From Chiloscyllium plagiosum (Eukaryota): 55,724 bases of DNA. The stretch is taken from positions 3,443,216-3,498,939 of the forward strand of contig NC_057720.1 of assembly GCF_004010195.1 (NCBI RefSeq), given 5' to 3'. The notes under the pieces were generated by a model. The model saw nothing but the letters and a program-made list of their open reading frames with translations. It was not told where the DNA came from and made no database searches. Below, in pieces: positions 36,786 through 50,077 of this stretch (position 1 is its first letter; every line of letters begins with the position of its first letter). The position numbers and the translations under genes were made by a program.

Positions 36786-39148
36786 AGAATCAGGATAGTA
36801 TTTGACCTCAAGAAAGAGACTTTGTGGAGTGCCTCCGAGATGGATTCTTAGAACAGCTGGTGCTGGAGCCTAGCAGGGAGAAGGCAATTCTGGTTCTGGT
36901 ATTGTGCAACGAACCAGAATTGGTCAGGGACCTTGAAGTGAAGGAGCCACTGGGAAGTAGTGACCATAATACAATAAGCTTCAATCTGCAATTTGAGAGG
37001 GAGAGGGTACAATCGGAAGTGACAATATTTCTGTTGAATAAAGGGAACTATGGAGCTATGAGGGAGCAGCTGGCCAAAGTTATATGGTGCAATACCTTAG
37101 CAGGGATGACAGTGGAGGAACAATGGCAGATATTTCTGTGTATAATGCAGAAGATGCAGGATCAGTTCATTCCAAAAAGGAAGAAAGATCCTAGGAGGAG
37201 GCAGGGGTGGCCGTGGCTGACGAGGGAAGTTAAGAAACATATAAAGTNNNNNNNNNNNNNNNNNNNNNNNNNNNNNNNNNNNNNNNNNNNNNNNNNNNNN
37301 NNNNNNNNNNNNNNNNNNNNNNNNNNNNNNNNNNNNNNNNNNNNNNNNNNNNNNNNNNNNNNNNNNNNNNNNNNNNNNNNNNNNNNNNNNNNNNNNNNNN
37401 NNNNNNNNNNNNNNNNNNNNNNNNNNNNNNNNNNNNNNNNNNNNNNNNNNNNNNNNNNNNNNNNNNNNNNNNNNNNNNNNNNNNNNNNNNNNNNNNNNNN
37501 NNNNNNNNNNNNNNNNNNNNNNNNNNNNNNNNNNNNNNNNNNNNNNNNNNNNNNNNNNNNNNNNNNNNNNNNNNNNNNNNNNNNNNNNNNNNNNNNGGGG
37601 CCTGATGGTCTACATCCCAGGGTACCGAAGGAAGTGGCTCGAGAAATTGTGGATGCGTTGGTGATTATTTTCCAGAGTTCGATAGATTTGGGATCAGTTC
37701 CTGCAGTTTGGAGGGTGGCTAGTGTTGTACCACTTTTTAAGAAAGGTGGGAGAGAGAAAGCAGGAAATTATAGACCAGTTAGTCTGACCTCAGTGGTGGG
37801 AAAGATGCTGGAGTGAATTATAAAGGATGGAATTATGACACATCTGGATAGCAGTAACTGGATAGGTCAGAGTCAGCATGGATTTATGAAGGGGATATCA
37901 TGCTTGACTAATCTTCTGGAATTTTTTGAGGATGTAACTCTGAAGATGGATGAGGGAGATCCAGTAGATGTAGTGTACCTGGATCTTCAGAAAGCTTTTG
38001 ATAAAGTCCCACATAGGAGGTTAGTGAGCAAAATTAGGGCGCATGGTATTGGGGGCAAAGTACTAACTTGGATTGAAAACAAAGAGTAGTGATAAACGGC
38101 TCCATTTCGGAATGGCAGGCAGTGACCAGTGGGGTACCGCAGGGATCAGTACTGGGACCGCAGCTTTTTACAATATATACTAATGATATAGAAGATGGTA
38201 TTAGCAATAACATTAGCAAATTTGCTGATGATACTAGGCTGGGTGGCAGGGTGAAATGTGAGGAGGATGTTAGGAGATTACAGGGTGACCTGGACAGGTT
38301 AGGTGAGTGGTCAAATGCATGGCAGATGCAGTTTAATGTGGAAAAATGTATGGTTATCCACTTTGGTGGCAAGAACAGAAAGGCAGATTACTACCTAAAT
38401 GGAATCAATTTAGGTAAAGGGGCAGTACAGAGAGATCTGGGTGTTCTTGTACACCAGACAACGAAGGTAAGTATGCAGGTACAGCAGGTAGTGAAGAAGG
38501 CTAATAGCATGCTGGCCTTCATAACAATGAGTATAGAAGCAAAGAGGTTCTTCTGCAGCTGTACAGGGCCCTGGTGCGACCACACCTGGAGTGCTGTGTG
38601 CAGCTCTGGTCTCCAAATTTGAGGAAAGACATTCTGGCTATTGAGGGAGTGCAGTGTAGGTTCACAAGGTCAATTCCTGGAATGGCGGGATTACCTTACG
38701 CTGAAAGACTGGAGCGATTGGGCTTGTATACCCTTGAGTTTAGAAGACTGAAAGGGGATCTGATTGAGACATATAAGATTATTAAAGGATAGGACACTCT
38801 GGAGGCAGGAAACATGTTTCCGCTGATGGGTGAGTGCCGAACCAGAGGACACAGTTTAAAAATAAGAGGTAGACCATTTAGGATAGAGTTGAGGAGAAAC
38901 TTCTTCACCCAGAGAGTGGTGGCTGTGTGGAATGCTCTGCCTCAGAGGGCAGTGGAGGCCCAGTCTCTGGATTCATTTAAGAAAGAGTTGGATAGAGCTC
39001 TCAAGGATAGTGGAATCAAGGGTTATGAAGATAAGGCAGGAACAGGATGCTGATTAAGGATGATCAGTCATGATCATATTGAATGGTGGTGCAGGCTCGA
39101 AGGGCAGAATGGCCTACTCCTGCACCTATTGTCTATTGTCTATTGTCT
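36786..39148 (+). mobile_element. Young CR1 LINE ORF2 (end of endonuclease, RT, 3' end) with (CTATTGT)n tail. Contains a gap.
   Basis: [71 protein letters not shown]; tail ctattgtctattgtctattgtct. Confidence 0.95.
37248..37596. other. Assembly gap (N run)
   Basis: Run of n inside CR1. Confidence 0.99.
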
Positions 39149-39649
39149 AAGATGCACCTCAGACATTCACTAAGGTTCCTTGAACAGTACATTCCAAATC
39201 CACAACCATTGCCACTGAGAAGGAGAATGGCAGTAGATACATGGGAACACCAATTGCGAGGTCCCTTCCAAACCACTCACCATCCTGATTTGGAAATATA
39301 TCATCGTTCCTTCACTGTCGCTGGGTCAAAACCTTGAAACTCACTCGCCAAAGGCCCTCTACCTACACTAATTGGTCTGCAGCGGTTCAAGAGGCAGCTC
39401 ACTACCACTTTCTGAAGGGCAACGAGAGATGGGCAATAAATCTTGTCTCAAAAGGTGATGCCCCCATCCCATGAATAAAATATTAAACAAAGGAAGAAAA
39501 TGAGGATTAGGGTTAGGACATTGAGTGAGAGGAACATCCAAAAGAGTGTGATACAACAATGTACCTTCAAGCATGAAAAACCAGAGAGAATCTAATTGAC
39601 ACCTGCTGAGGTGGTGACTAGGCAAGATTTAGAGTTTGTTTAATTAAGG

Positions 39650-40740
39650 TCATAGAGTCATAGAGATGTACCACATGGAAACAGACCCTCAATCCAACTC
39701 GTCTATCTAGTACCATTGCCAGCATTTGGCCCATATCCCTCTAAATCCTTCCTAATCATTTACCCATCCAGATGCCTTTTAAATGTTGTAATTGTACCAG
39801 TCTCCACCACTTCCTCGGGCAGCTCATTCCAGGCATGCACCACCCTCTGCGTGAAAAGGTTGGCCCTTAAGTCCCTTTTAAATCTTTCCTCTCTCATCTT
39901 AAACCTATTCCCTTCAGTTTTGTACTCCCACAATCCAGGGAAATGACCTTATCTATTTATCCTATCCATGCCCCTCATGATTTTATAAACCACTATAAAG
40001 TCACCCCTCAGCCTCTGACCCTTAAAGAATAACTGCCCTAGCCTATTCCGTCTCTCTCTATAACTCAAGCCTCCAACCCTGGCAACATCCTTTTAAATCT
40101 TTATTGAACCCTTCCAGGTTTCACAATATCCTTCCTAGAGCAAGGAAACCAGAATTTCATATTGTATTCCAACAATGGCCTAACCAACGTCCTGTATCGG
40201 CGCAGAATGACCTCCCAAATCCTGTACTCAATACTCTGACCAATAAAGGAAAGCATACTAAATGCCTTCTTCACTATCCTATCTACCTGTGACTCTACTT
40301 TCAAGGAGCTATGAACCTGCACTCCAAGGTCTCTTTGTTCAGAAACACTCCCCAGAACCTTACCATTAAGTATACAAGTCTTGCTAAGATTTGCTTTCCC
40401 AAAATGCAGCACCTTGCATTTATCTAAATTAAACTCCATCTGCCACTCCTCAGCCCATTGGCAAACCTGATCAAGATTCCGTTGTACTCTGAGGTAACAT
40501 TATTCACTTTCACTGTCCACAATATCTCCAATTTTGGTGTCATCTGCAAACATAGTAACTGTACCTCCTATGTTCACATCCAAATCAATTGTATAAATGA
40601 TGAAAAGCAGTGAACCCAATACCAATCCTTGTGGCGCTCCAATGGTCACAGGCCTCCAGTCTGAAAGGCAACCGCCCACCACCACCCTCTGGCTTCTACC
40701 TTCGAGCCAGTTCTGTATCCAAATGGCTAGTTCTCCCTGT
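39650..40740 (-). mobile_element. HER1/CR1 RT and 3' end
   Basis: Minus ORFs GAPQGLVLGSLLF..MFADD and MEFNLDKCKVLHFG; tail tcatagagtcatagag. Confidence 0.92.
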
Positions 40741-43386
40741 CAAGTGTGGCAATGTGAAAGGCAGTTCCTGATTTTCAGCGCCTGAAGTGGTGCACAGCTC
40801 ATGTTTAAATATGTTTATTCACCAATAATATGACTTTACAAAGTCCCAGCAGTGGTGAGCAGTTCTGCCTTTCCTGCCACATGATTCCACAAGATGGACA
40901 ATTGCAAGAGAAACGTTCACATGAACCATTTCATGCCTGCTATGAATTTCACTTGAAAAAAACATTTTGTCAAAAAACTGGATAATTGAAATAATTGTGC
41001 CAGAAGAACTGGGGGAGATTTAGAATCATTCTGATTGGAAGAACTAAGGTGGACTGAATGGCCATTGTATTTAGCTGGTGAACTCATGCAGGAAATGATA
41101 CCACTACCTTTGCATGCTGCCATTGATTTCCTCTAAGCCTGAAATTCAGCCCTTAATCTGATTTACGAAGCACAATGCCTAAAGTGAACTTGTTTCATTC
41201 TGTTTGGCACGCATGGTCCAGAAATCTAACACAATGAAGAAAAAGGGTTTAACTGAGGGTCTTGTGAAGAGAGAGCATCCTTATGATGGTACAAATGCAG
41301 ATCCCTAGACACGGGAAGCCTGGAGCTTAACTCCCAGTACTGTAGGCTACAAATTGCTCCATGTAGCCCCCAGTTTTGGACTTGTCTCATGACATGAACA
41401 CAGGTTGGAAAAAGGAGACACATACATTGTGAAAATGAATTTTGCTGAGCAAAATAGGCAAGCAATTTCTTGCAAAGAAAACGTTAGCCAAGTGAATGGT
41501 GCACAATTTTAAATTTGCCATTTTAATGATCTTTATGTCATCACTGGCTACAGGAATAGTGCCAGAATACTGGAGGATAGCAAATGTTGTTTCCTTGTTC
41601 AAGCGGAGTAGAGACAACTCTAGAAATTATAGACCAGTGAACCTTACTTCGGTTGTAGGTAAAGTGTTGGAAAAGGTTATAAGAGATAGGATTTATAATC
41701 ATCTAGAAAGGAGTAAGTTGATTAGGAATAGTCAACATGGTTTTGTGAAGGGTAGGTCATACCTCACAAACCTTATTGAGTTCTTAGAGAAGGTGACCAA
41801 ACAGGTGGATGAGAGTAAAGTGGTTACTGTGGTATATATGGATTTGATAAGGTTCCCCACAGTAGGCAATTGCACAAAATATGGAGGCTTTTGATTGAGG
41901 GTGATTTAGCAGTTTGGATCAGAAATTGGTTAGCTGCAAGAAGACAGAGGATGGTGGTTGATGGGAAATATTCATCCTGGAGTTCAGTTACTCATGGGGT
42001 ACCACAAGGATTTGATTTGTGTCCACTGTTGTTTGTCATTTTTATAAATGACCTGGATGAGGGCACCTGGATGATGGGTTAGTAAATTTGTGGATGACAT
42101 TAAAGTTGGTAGAGTTGGGGATAGTGCAGAAGGATGTTGCAGGTTACAGAGAGACGTACATAAGTTGCAGAGCCAGACTGAGAAGTGGCAAATGGAGTTT
42201 AATGTGGAAAAGTGTGAGGTAATTCACTTTGGAAGGAGTAACAGGAATGCGGATTACTGGGCTAATGGTAAGATTCTTGTTAGTGTAGATGAGCAAATAC
42301 ATCTCCGTGTCCAGTTCCATAGATCCTTGAAAGTTTCCACCCAGGTTGATAGGGTTGTTAAGAAGGCATATGGTGTGTTAGCTTTTATTGGGAGAGGGAT
42401 TGAGTTTCGGAGCCACGAGGTCATGCTGCAGCTGTACAAAACTTTGATTATTGTGTACAGTTCTGGTCACCACATTATAGGAAGGACGTGGAAACTTTGG
42501 AAAGGATTCAGAGGAGATTTACTAGGATGCTGCCTGGTATGGAGGGAAGGTCTTACGAAGAAAGACTGAGGGACTAAAGACAATTTTTGTTAGAGAGAAG
42601 AAGGTTGAGAGATGACTTGAGACGTATAAGATAATCAGAGGGTTAGATAGGACAGTGAGAGCCTTTTTCCTCAGATGGCAATGGCAGAGGAAAGACAGCT
42701 TTAAATTGAGGGGTGATAGATATAGGACAGATGTCAGAGGTAGCTTCTTTACTCAGAGAGTAGTAGGGCGTGGAATACACTGCCTGCAACAGTAGTAGAC
42801 TCTCCAACTTTAAGGGCACTTAAATGGTCATTGGATAGGCATACGAACAAGAATAGAATAGTGTAGACTAGATGGGCTTCGGATCGTTTCACATATTGGC
42901 GCAACATTGAGGGCTGAAGGGCCTGTACTGTGCTGTAATGTTCTATGTCCTAATGGCGATGCCTGAATATATTTTTGAAATCTGTTTCCAAATGTGGCAT
43001 AGTAATCACTTTTGGATAGTTTAATGACCAAGAATTACATAGGATCCCATCCACGAAATGCAAGTAGTTGGAACCTGATGCAGATGAGATTGCAATTTCC
43101 TGTCATTGGACAGTGTGCGATTTGCCAGCATTCCTCTACTTTGGTGCCATTTTTAATTAACCTGGTTGGGCTGGGGAAGGTGGATTGTTTCCCCCTTCTC
43201 GCTAATCACGCAACCAACATTTCAGTCCCTATCTTGTGGAATACTGTGGCAGGAAAGGTAGAAATGCTTACCACCTCTGCAACTTTGCAAGGTTCATGCT
43301 ATTGGTGGATAAACATCTTTAAACAGGAGCTGTGCACCACTTCAGTCCCTGAAAATTAGGAACTGTCCTTCAAACTATCATGCTTG
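40741..43386. repeat. Diverged ~160-bp inverted repeat pair (40741-40899 / 43225-43386)
   Basis: cagttcctgattttcagcgcctgaagtggtgcacagctcatgtttaaa..ctttcctgccaca..ttccacaagat versus atcttgtggaa..tgtggcaggaaag..tttaaacaggagctgtgcaccacttcagtccctgaaaattaggaactg. Confidence 0.8.
41520..42952 (+). mobile_element. CR1 RT and 3' end
   Basis: [51 protein letters not shown]; tail ctgtaatgttctatgt. Confidence 0.92.
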
Positions 43387-43804
43387 AACATCATTGCTAA
43401 GGACAAGCTGGGATTTGGAATTGCTGATGGACAGGATGGTGGAAAAGAAGGCAGTGAGTGACAGCAACCAACTCTTTCCTGCAAGAAGTGGGTAGCCTGT
43501 TAAGACAATTAAAAGACTAATTCAGGCCAATATTATTGCCCCGTAGCTGTCAGAGCCAGCCTGATGCATGAAGTGTACTGTGGTGGGAGATTGGGAGATG
43601 GTTGACAGAGGTCCAGCGTTATAATAAACCAATTCCCTACAGCCAAGATACCCCATGATGGCTACACTCAGTGGATTGTTTCTCCATTCACAAAGACGAC
43701 CTAAACACTGTAGCCATTTTCTGTTTCTAAAACATCTTCAGGATTTGTCTATTTTGAGCAGCTCTTTCTTTTAACAGCTACTTCGGATATATTTTTTTTC
43801 CCAA

Positions 43805-44020
43805 TCTTGCAAGGGATGTGAGTGTAACTAGTAAGGGCAGCACTTGTTGTTTATTTCTAAATGACCTTGAACTGATTGGCTCTCCAGGTCATTTCAGAGG
43901 ATAGTCAACAGTCAATCATGTTATTGAAGATCTAGAGCCACATATAAGGCAGACCAGGTAAGGATGGCAGATTTCTTTCACGAGTGTACATTAGTGAACG
44001 AGTTGGGTATTTCAGCCAAA
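43805..44020 (-). mobile_element. SINE remnant (same family as 18795-19250)
   Basis: ccacatataaggcagaccaggtaaggatggcagatttctt..cattagtgaac. Confidence 0.6.
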
Positions 44021-44697
44021 AGCAATGGGTAGGAGTAGAATGGCTTTGTTTTTAACATTTCAGCTTTTACTGGCTCAAATTATACCCCCACCCCAAACCT
44101 CTCCAGAGGGTTGTCAATGTGTCAGTGCTGGAGGCCCTCTTTTGGTCCTTCATCCTCTGGGGCTGACTCTTTCTCCTTATATGGAAAGAGCTCCTAGTTT
44201 AATTGGTTGCCTCATGAAGAATAATCACCTCTGTGTGCTGATGTTGGTATGTATGGATTTCTGACCCAAGTTTCCTGACAGTTCAAAGAATCAGAATTTT
44301 ATAGTTTGGACCAAGGTTCCATTTCTAAGCATTGCACATTCTTTATACTTTGCGCTAATGCAATATTATTCTCTGCCTTATTTACAAGATTGGCTTTTGA
44401 TACCTGAACATTTTATGAATGGCATAATCAACACAGTTTCATTTTGCTCAAATATCTGTTCAAAGAAATTGAATTTCCAAAGAACCTTCTGATTTCATTG
44501 TAAATCTATTGAGTGTAAGCATTTTATCATTACTTTTCATCTGTGCAATACAAAAGTTATCATTAAGTTGAATTCTGTAGAGGTTATGACTGATTAAAAT
44601 GAAAGGAAATAACTGATTAAGTAAGAGTGGGAAGCTTGAGATAGTGGTCGGCTTGATTAGTCAATTATTCTTTGAAAATCCAGCAGTCTCACTGATC

Positions 44698-45019
44698 TAG
44701 ATTAGATTACATTAGATTACATTACAGTGTGGAAACAGGCCCTTCGGCCCAACAAGTCCACACCGACCCGCCGAAGCGCAACCCACCCATACCCCTCCAT
44801 TTACCCCTTACCTAACACTACAGACAATTTAGCATGGCCAATTCACCTGGCCTGCACATCTTTGGACTGTGGGAGGAAACCGGAGTACCTGGAGGAAACC
44901 CACACAGACACGGGGAGAATGTGCAAACTCCACACAGTCAGTCGCCTGAGGCGGGAATTGAACCCGGGTCTCTGGCGCTGTGAGGCAGCAGTGCTAACCA
45001 CTGTGTCACCGTGCCACCC
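44698..45019 (-). mobile_element. Young HE1-type SINE
   Basis: Tail tagattagattacattagattacattacagtgtggaaacagg; intact CpGs; B box gaattgaacccggg and A box taaccactgtgtcacc (reverse). Confidence 0.92.
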
Positions 45020-47024
45020 ACATAACAACTAAATCTCAATGCACAGGTTAAAATGTCATTCTTTGGTACTGATATTTTTATACGATGAAACAGAATGTAT
45101 GAGTTCTGATCTTCATTAGCTAACAAGGGAGTCAGTAGCTATTGTGAATAGTCAGGAATATGGAATTGAGGCAACAACCAGATCTGTCATGGTCTTACTG
45201 AATAGTTTAGCAGGCTCGAGGGGCTGAATAGCCTCCACTTGCTCCAAATTTTTACGTATATATTACAAATCACAACTATATGACTATGACTGGCGTTATG
45301 TTAACTGATCGGTTCCTGTTCAATTGACTGAAAAATAGTTTATCTATCCTTACTGAAAATAATTGTTTCTTTTCTAATTTGCACTTCTCTATGAAGCACT
45401 GCTTCATCAGAACTCTCCAGATGGCATCAGCGGGTAAACATGACAATGCATAACATTCAAGGTGATGGACCGAGTACTGGAAAATGAGAATAGTGTAGTT
45501 AGGTTGGTACAGACTCGATGGGCTGAAGGACTTCTTCTATGCTGCATGACTCTCCAGAAAAAAATGCCCAAGCATAAATTTATTTGGCACCTTTCACAAA
45601 CTCAGGATGTGCTGAAGTGGTTTTTACAACCAGTGAACAATTCATAGAGTGCAGTCATATTCTTAGGTTTGGATTTTAATGGAGTTGGGGAGATTCCATG
45701 AAAGGATGAAAATTGCAACTGGAACCCAATTTCAGGATTCCTGACCCTATTTTCAGGCTTTCAGCTTATCACCAGAGTCCTTTAACAGTGCAGGCTGTTT
45801 CAGTCGCAAATCCCAACACCACACACCTAGCCTGGCCATCTCCTGGCTAATCCAGGATATGGTGGATGTCAAGATATTGTATAAACTTAAGAAGATATAG
45901 ACAGATTTTTAATTAGCAATGGGTTGGAGAATTTATGGAGAGCAGGCAGGAAAGTGAAGTTAAGCCTAAGATAAGAGCAGCCAAGATCCTATCAATTGAT
46001 GGAGCAGGCTCAAGGAGTCGAATTCTCTACTCCTGCTCTTGGTTCTTATATTCTGTAATTTTAATCGATTCAGACCTGGTTTTTAAAACAATGCAACTTA
46101 CAGCTCCTAAGAGGTCTCTGCACAAGGGAACCTTTTGAAAGATAATTTTAAAATGCCCTCCACTTCCTCCATGCCCATTTACCCAATATAGACTGAATAA
46201 AACCCATGAACCCGCTAGTGACAATAGAATGTGAAACCATTTTTTAGGAAGTCATTCATTGATAGCTTTACACTTTCTCATACTATACGCTAACGCAAGT
46301 ATTAATCATTCTGGTCCTTTGAAAAATGAATAACAGAAACTACAACCATGTGAAACCTCTTTATCTTGTGTAAATAAACATTGTATAATTGACAGAGTAT
46401 GTCAATCAAGAACTGTTTTCCCTGGGGCTTAGGTGTTTCAACAGTCTAATGGATACCCGGGCTCTCAACCAAGATTGCACGATGAGGCTTGACTTGAGGT
46501 GGCATGGAAGGGACCTGCATGGTGAGTGAGGGTGAGGGTCTGTGAGACCTGAAGGATACAAGGCCGTATTGTTTGAATTATAATTAGAACCAAGTCCCAA
46601 AGTATTGAGATAGGCTGAAACAGCCTACCTCAGCAGCCCCCGTTGCTATGTCCAAATTGATTCCCAGATCAGCTGGCCTAAGTGCAGCAGCCTATCCCTG
46701 CCTTTACCTGGGATTTGCCTAACTCCTGCTAACCATTTAGGGGTTCATAATCCTGGTTTCAAACTGGAGATCGGCCTTAAATTGATTCTAGAACACAGGC
46801 TTCTATTTCCATCACATATCATTTGCTGCCACATGTTTCAGAAATCCAACATGATATAGAAATGGGGTTTAATTGGGGCAATATGTAGAGGGAGAACTCT
46901 TACAACAATGCAAATGTAGATCACCAGTCATGGGCAAACTATATTATTACTCCTCTGTTATTTGCTGGACACTGCTCCATGAAGTCACCAATTTTGAACT
47001 GGTATCATGGTTTAGCCACAGTTT

Positions 47025-47332
47025 GGAAAAATGGAGACTGCAGATACTGGAGGAATCAGAGTTGATAAAACGTGGCGCTGGAAAAGGCACAGCAGGTCAA
47101 GCAGCATCAGAGGAGCAAGAGAGCCGACGTTTCGAGCAGGATCTTTCTTCAGGACTGGGGAGAAACTGGCGAATTCAGTGTTCATGCCATGTTGTTTAGG
47201 CTCCCAAGGTCGTAGATATTCCACCTTCTGTTTGTGGGTGGCCTTGTGTAGGTGGTAGTGGAGGCCCGGAATGGATATGTCCTTAGGGGAGAGAGAGAGG
47301 GGGAGTTGAAGTGGATGACCACAGGAAGGTGG
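47025..47332 (-). mobile_element. PLE terminus plus internally deleted GIY-YIG-distal fragment
   Basis: gagactgcagatactgg..ccgacgtttcgagcaggatctttcttcaggact (minus: CTGAAGA..GAAACGTC); agaaactggcgaattcagtgttcatgcc. Confidence 0.7.
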
Positions 47333-47487
47333 CCTCTAAGGACATATCCATTCCACTAAGGACATATGCATATCCATAAGGTGTCAGAGAGCTCCAAAGC
47401 ACAGTTATGAAATATTGAACTGTATTACAAATTAGTTCAAAATGTGTCATTTTGATATGGTGAGGCAGATACTTTGCTGAGGCCAAT

Positions 47488-48069
47488 GTCCATGCCTTTA
47501 AGAAAGATTTGTTCTGTCATGTTTCTTTTGAAAGCAAGTGTTGTAAACTTGGAACCAAACTGTCTGCTCTCAGCTAGCTTTATTTTTTAAAAGTTGGAAC
47601 AAGAAGTAGCTTGAAGGTGCGGTGTCAAGGTCCCATAGAACCAAGACTTTAATTTCAGCTTTTAGCAATTGCTGCGGTCCTGAAGCTGGATGTACAAACT
47701 GTTTTTTTCCTCTTCCTGTTAGAGCTCAAAGCTTGGGTTCTCTTCCTGCTATTAGAATTGCAGTGAAATAATTTTGCCAAAGGTGTGTTTATGGGATGGC
47801 ACTATATTGAAACACTTGCTGTTTAGCAATTAAATAATCCATTATTCTGTTAAAATTTCCAATTGAGTTAAAGTTATTCCAATTCTTTTTTTTGTTTGCA
47901 TTTTAATTACAATGTAAAAATAAATTGTATTTTGTGTCAAACCTGATTGTATTCCAAATGCAATTCAATTGGAAAAACTATGCCCCACACTTAACTTCAA
48001 AAATAAGAAAAAGTTGAAGTCTAGGCTATCTTCTTAATATATTGTGCGGGGGTTTTGTCTGGTCCAACA
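47488..48069 (+). mobile_element. Possible solo LTR
   Basis: Block starts TG and ends ..gggggttttgtctggtccaaCA, with aataaa at ~47919. No clear TSD. Confidence 0.35.
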
Positions 48070-48407
48070 CATTAACCATTGAGCATGCCCTGAGGTGCTG
48101 GGGAACGCTGGCCAAGATAGAGGCCTGGAGAGGATGTGGCAAGCTGCAGTTTCCAAGTTACCACTCTGACTTTCAAGTCCAGAATTGGTACTCACTGATG
48201 TCTGGGAGAATAGCAACACACATATAAAGGGGGTGAAATTAGGTCAATAAGAGATGTTAATGCATGCAAATGGAGCTTCTGCCACTTACTTGCAAGGTTC
48301 TTGCCTAGCTATTAAAATCTTAAGGGAAAGATTTTACCCTTTTTCTCAAAGTCAAGAATCTCCTTTTCTTATTCTTGCTTTATTCTTCCAACTTTCTTGC
48401 TATTGCA

Positions 48408-48540
48408 GGACTGATGAAGAGACCTGCCTAAAACATTGACTCTCCTGCTCCTCAGATGCTGCCTGACCTGCTGTGCTTTTTCCAGTGCCACACTTTATCG
48501 ACTCTGACTCTCCAGCATCTCAGTCCTCATGATCTCCTAG
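48408..48540 (+). mobile_element. PLE-terminus insert with decayed hammerhead core
   Basis: CTGATGAagagacctgcctaaaacattgactctcctgctcctcagatgctgcctgacctgctg..ctccagcatct. Confidence 0.75.
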
Positions 48541-49364
48541 GAGGAGCATAAACAATGATATAGATCATTTGGTCAAACAGTCTGTTTCTGTGCAGTGGAG
48601 TCAATGGGCTGAATCTCATCATTTTTTGGCAAACTGTCATTTTCATCCAGTTCCATGGAGGGTTTCTCTCCACATTACCTTTTACTATCACACCATACTG
48701 GACTCATTAACTATCAATGCCAAACACTGCCCTTTTTGTTCAATGCTGGGCTGATTCTCCCACTTGCCATGATTGGAATTATTCACCACTGCCGGGATAT
48801 ACTGGCAACCCTGGTGTCAATGCCTTCATTGAAGCCTAACCATGCAATCAGTCAAGTGCTGGCAGTTTAGAGTTACCCTTCACATCAGTCACTAACCAAC
48901 ACTTCTCAACTGCACAATCCTACACACTTGCTTAAGCACCGGACCACACAGTTTACCTGTCCTTAGCTATATCCTATCTTACAGTCCTGGCTAAGTCATT
49001 GCTACTTTTTCCTAAATGCTGATGGTAACCCAGCATCTTATCATGATATTGTGAAACCATTACATGCAGAAAAGCTTTCGGTCACATCAACAGTCACCTC
49101 AACACAGTCACTTTTATTTGTAAACAATAAAATCAACCAGAAATCAAACAAACAGCAGTTGCATTTGCCTCTCAGAGCAGAAACAAGCTGCATGTATGGC
49201 TAGCATCAACAATTTTACAGTCAATGAATGATGACTGCACTCAGTTCACATCTACTGGAACCAGGTGTCAATAACGACCTGTCTGACTTGTAGCATCTAA
49301 AACTGTTGTGCTTGATCATTCAAGGTTGATGTTTCTCCTGCTCAATCTCCTTACCCTCCCCTAT

Positions 49365-49825
49365 GGAAGTCTGCTCCCACTTGCCCAGTTAATCAACATT
49401 CATAACATTGTTGGGTCGAAATCTTCAAATCCGTTCCTAATGGCACAATGAGTCTACCTATTGCAGCAGTTCAAAGAGGTAGCTCACCACCAGCTTCTCA
49501 AGGGCAACTAGGGATGGGCAGTAAATTCTGGCCCAGCCAGTGATGCCCACATCCCACAAGATGCCTGGGAATACTACCCACCTGAAAGTTCCTCACAAAG
49601 CAACATTCTCCATCCTGATTTGGAATTACATCACCATTCCTTCACTGTCACTGGGTCAAGATCCTGGAACTCTCTTCCTAAAAAAAGCGCAGAGAATTTC
49701 ATCCATCCCAAGGAATGCAGCAGTTCAAGAAAGGAGCTCACCACAACCTCTTCCAGGGTAGTTAAGAATGAGCAACAAATACTGGCTAAGCCAGCAGTGC
49801 CAGGTGCTCCATGAACAAATAAAAG
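49365..49825 (+). mobile_element. Two adjacent 3' ends of the second CR1-clade family
   Basis: gcagcagttcaa..agctcaccac..agggcaactagggatgggcagtaaa occurs twice (~49460-49560 and ~49715-49820). Confidence 0.7.
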
Positions 49826-50077
49826 AGAGTTACCATCTTCCCATGCCCCTCACCCACTCGCCTTCCCTCCCCCAGAAACATTGAGCACAGGCTGTTGATC
49901 AAATCCAGATCCTTCCTGACTTTTTTGGCACTGCCAATGACTTAGTAAACTCAATGAACTATCTTGGGAGTCCACAACATGGTTTTAATTATGACCTTTA
50001 ATATGCTTCCATCAGCCTGTGCCTCAGAGAGACTAACATTCACAGTCACTATTTTAGGAGTATGTAATCTCTAAAAA

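Larger units (their letters stand above)
29840..39478 (+). mobile_element. Single old CR1-clade LINE (second family), broken into collinear pieces: ~29840-31240, 32232-32321, 34573-34815, 35560-36110, 36420-36785, 39149-39478
   Basis: Pieces appear in ORF2 order: endonuclease (gacagacccagcaga..cctcaacattgac), DKSNLANYCPFSLFLIISKVM, AIKQHL..TDTQFAFHQGH..ITALVQSW, FCCFINDFPS, SPLTWMSAAPTLLKKFNTIQD, 3' tail gggcaacgagagatgggcaataaa. Confidence 0.75.

Noticed and set aside
36824..39053. Possible active LINE or domesticated RT gene
   Set aside because: 5'-truncated, with in-frame stops and frameshifts (e.g. ~37816, ~38089, ~38530, ~38792).
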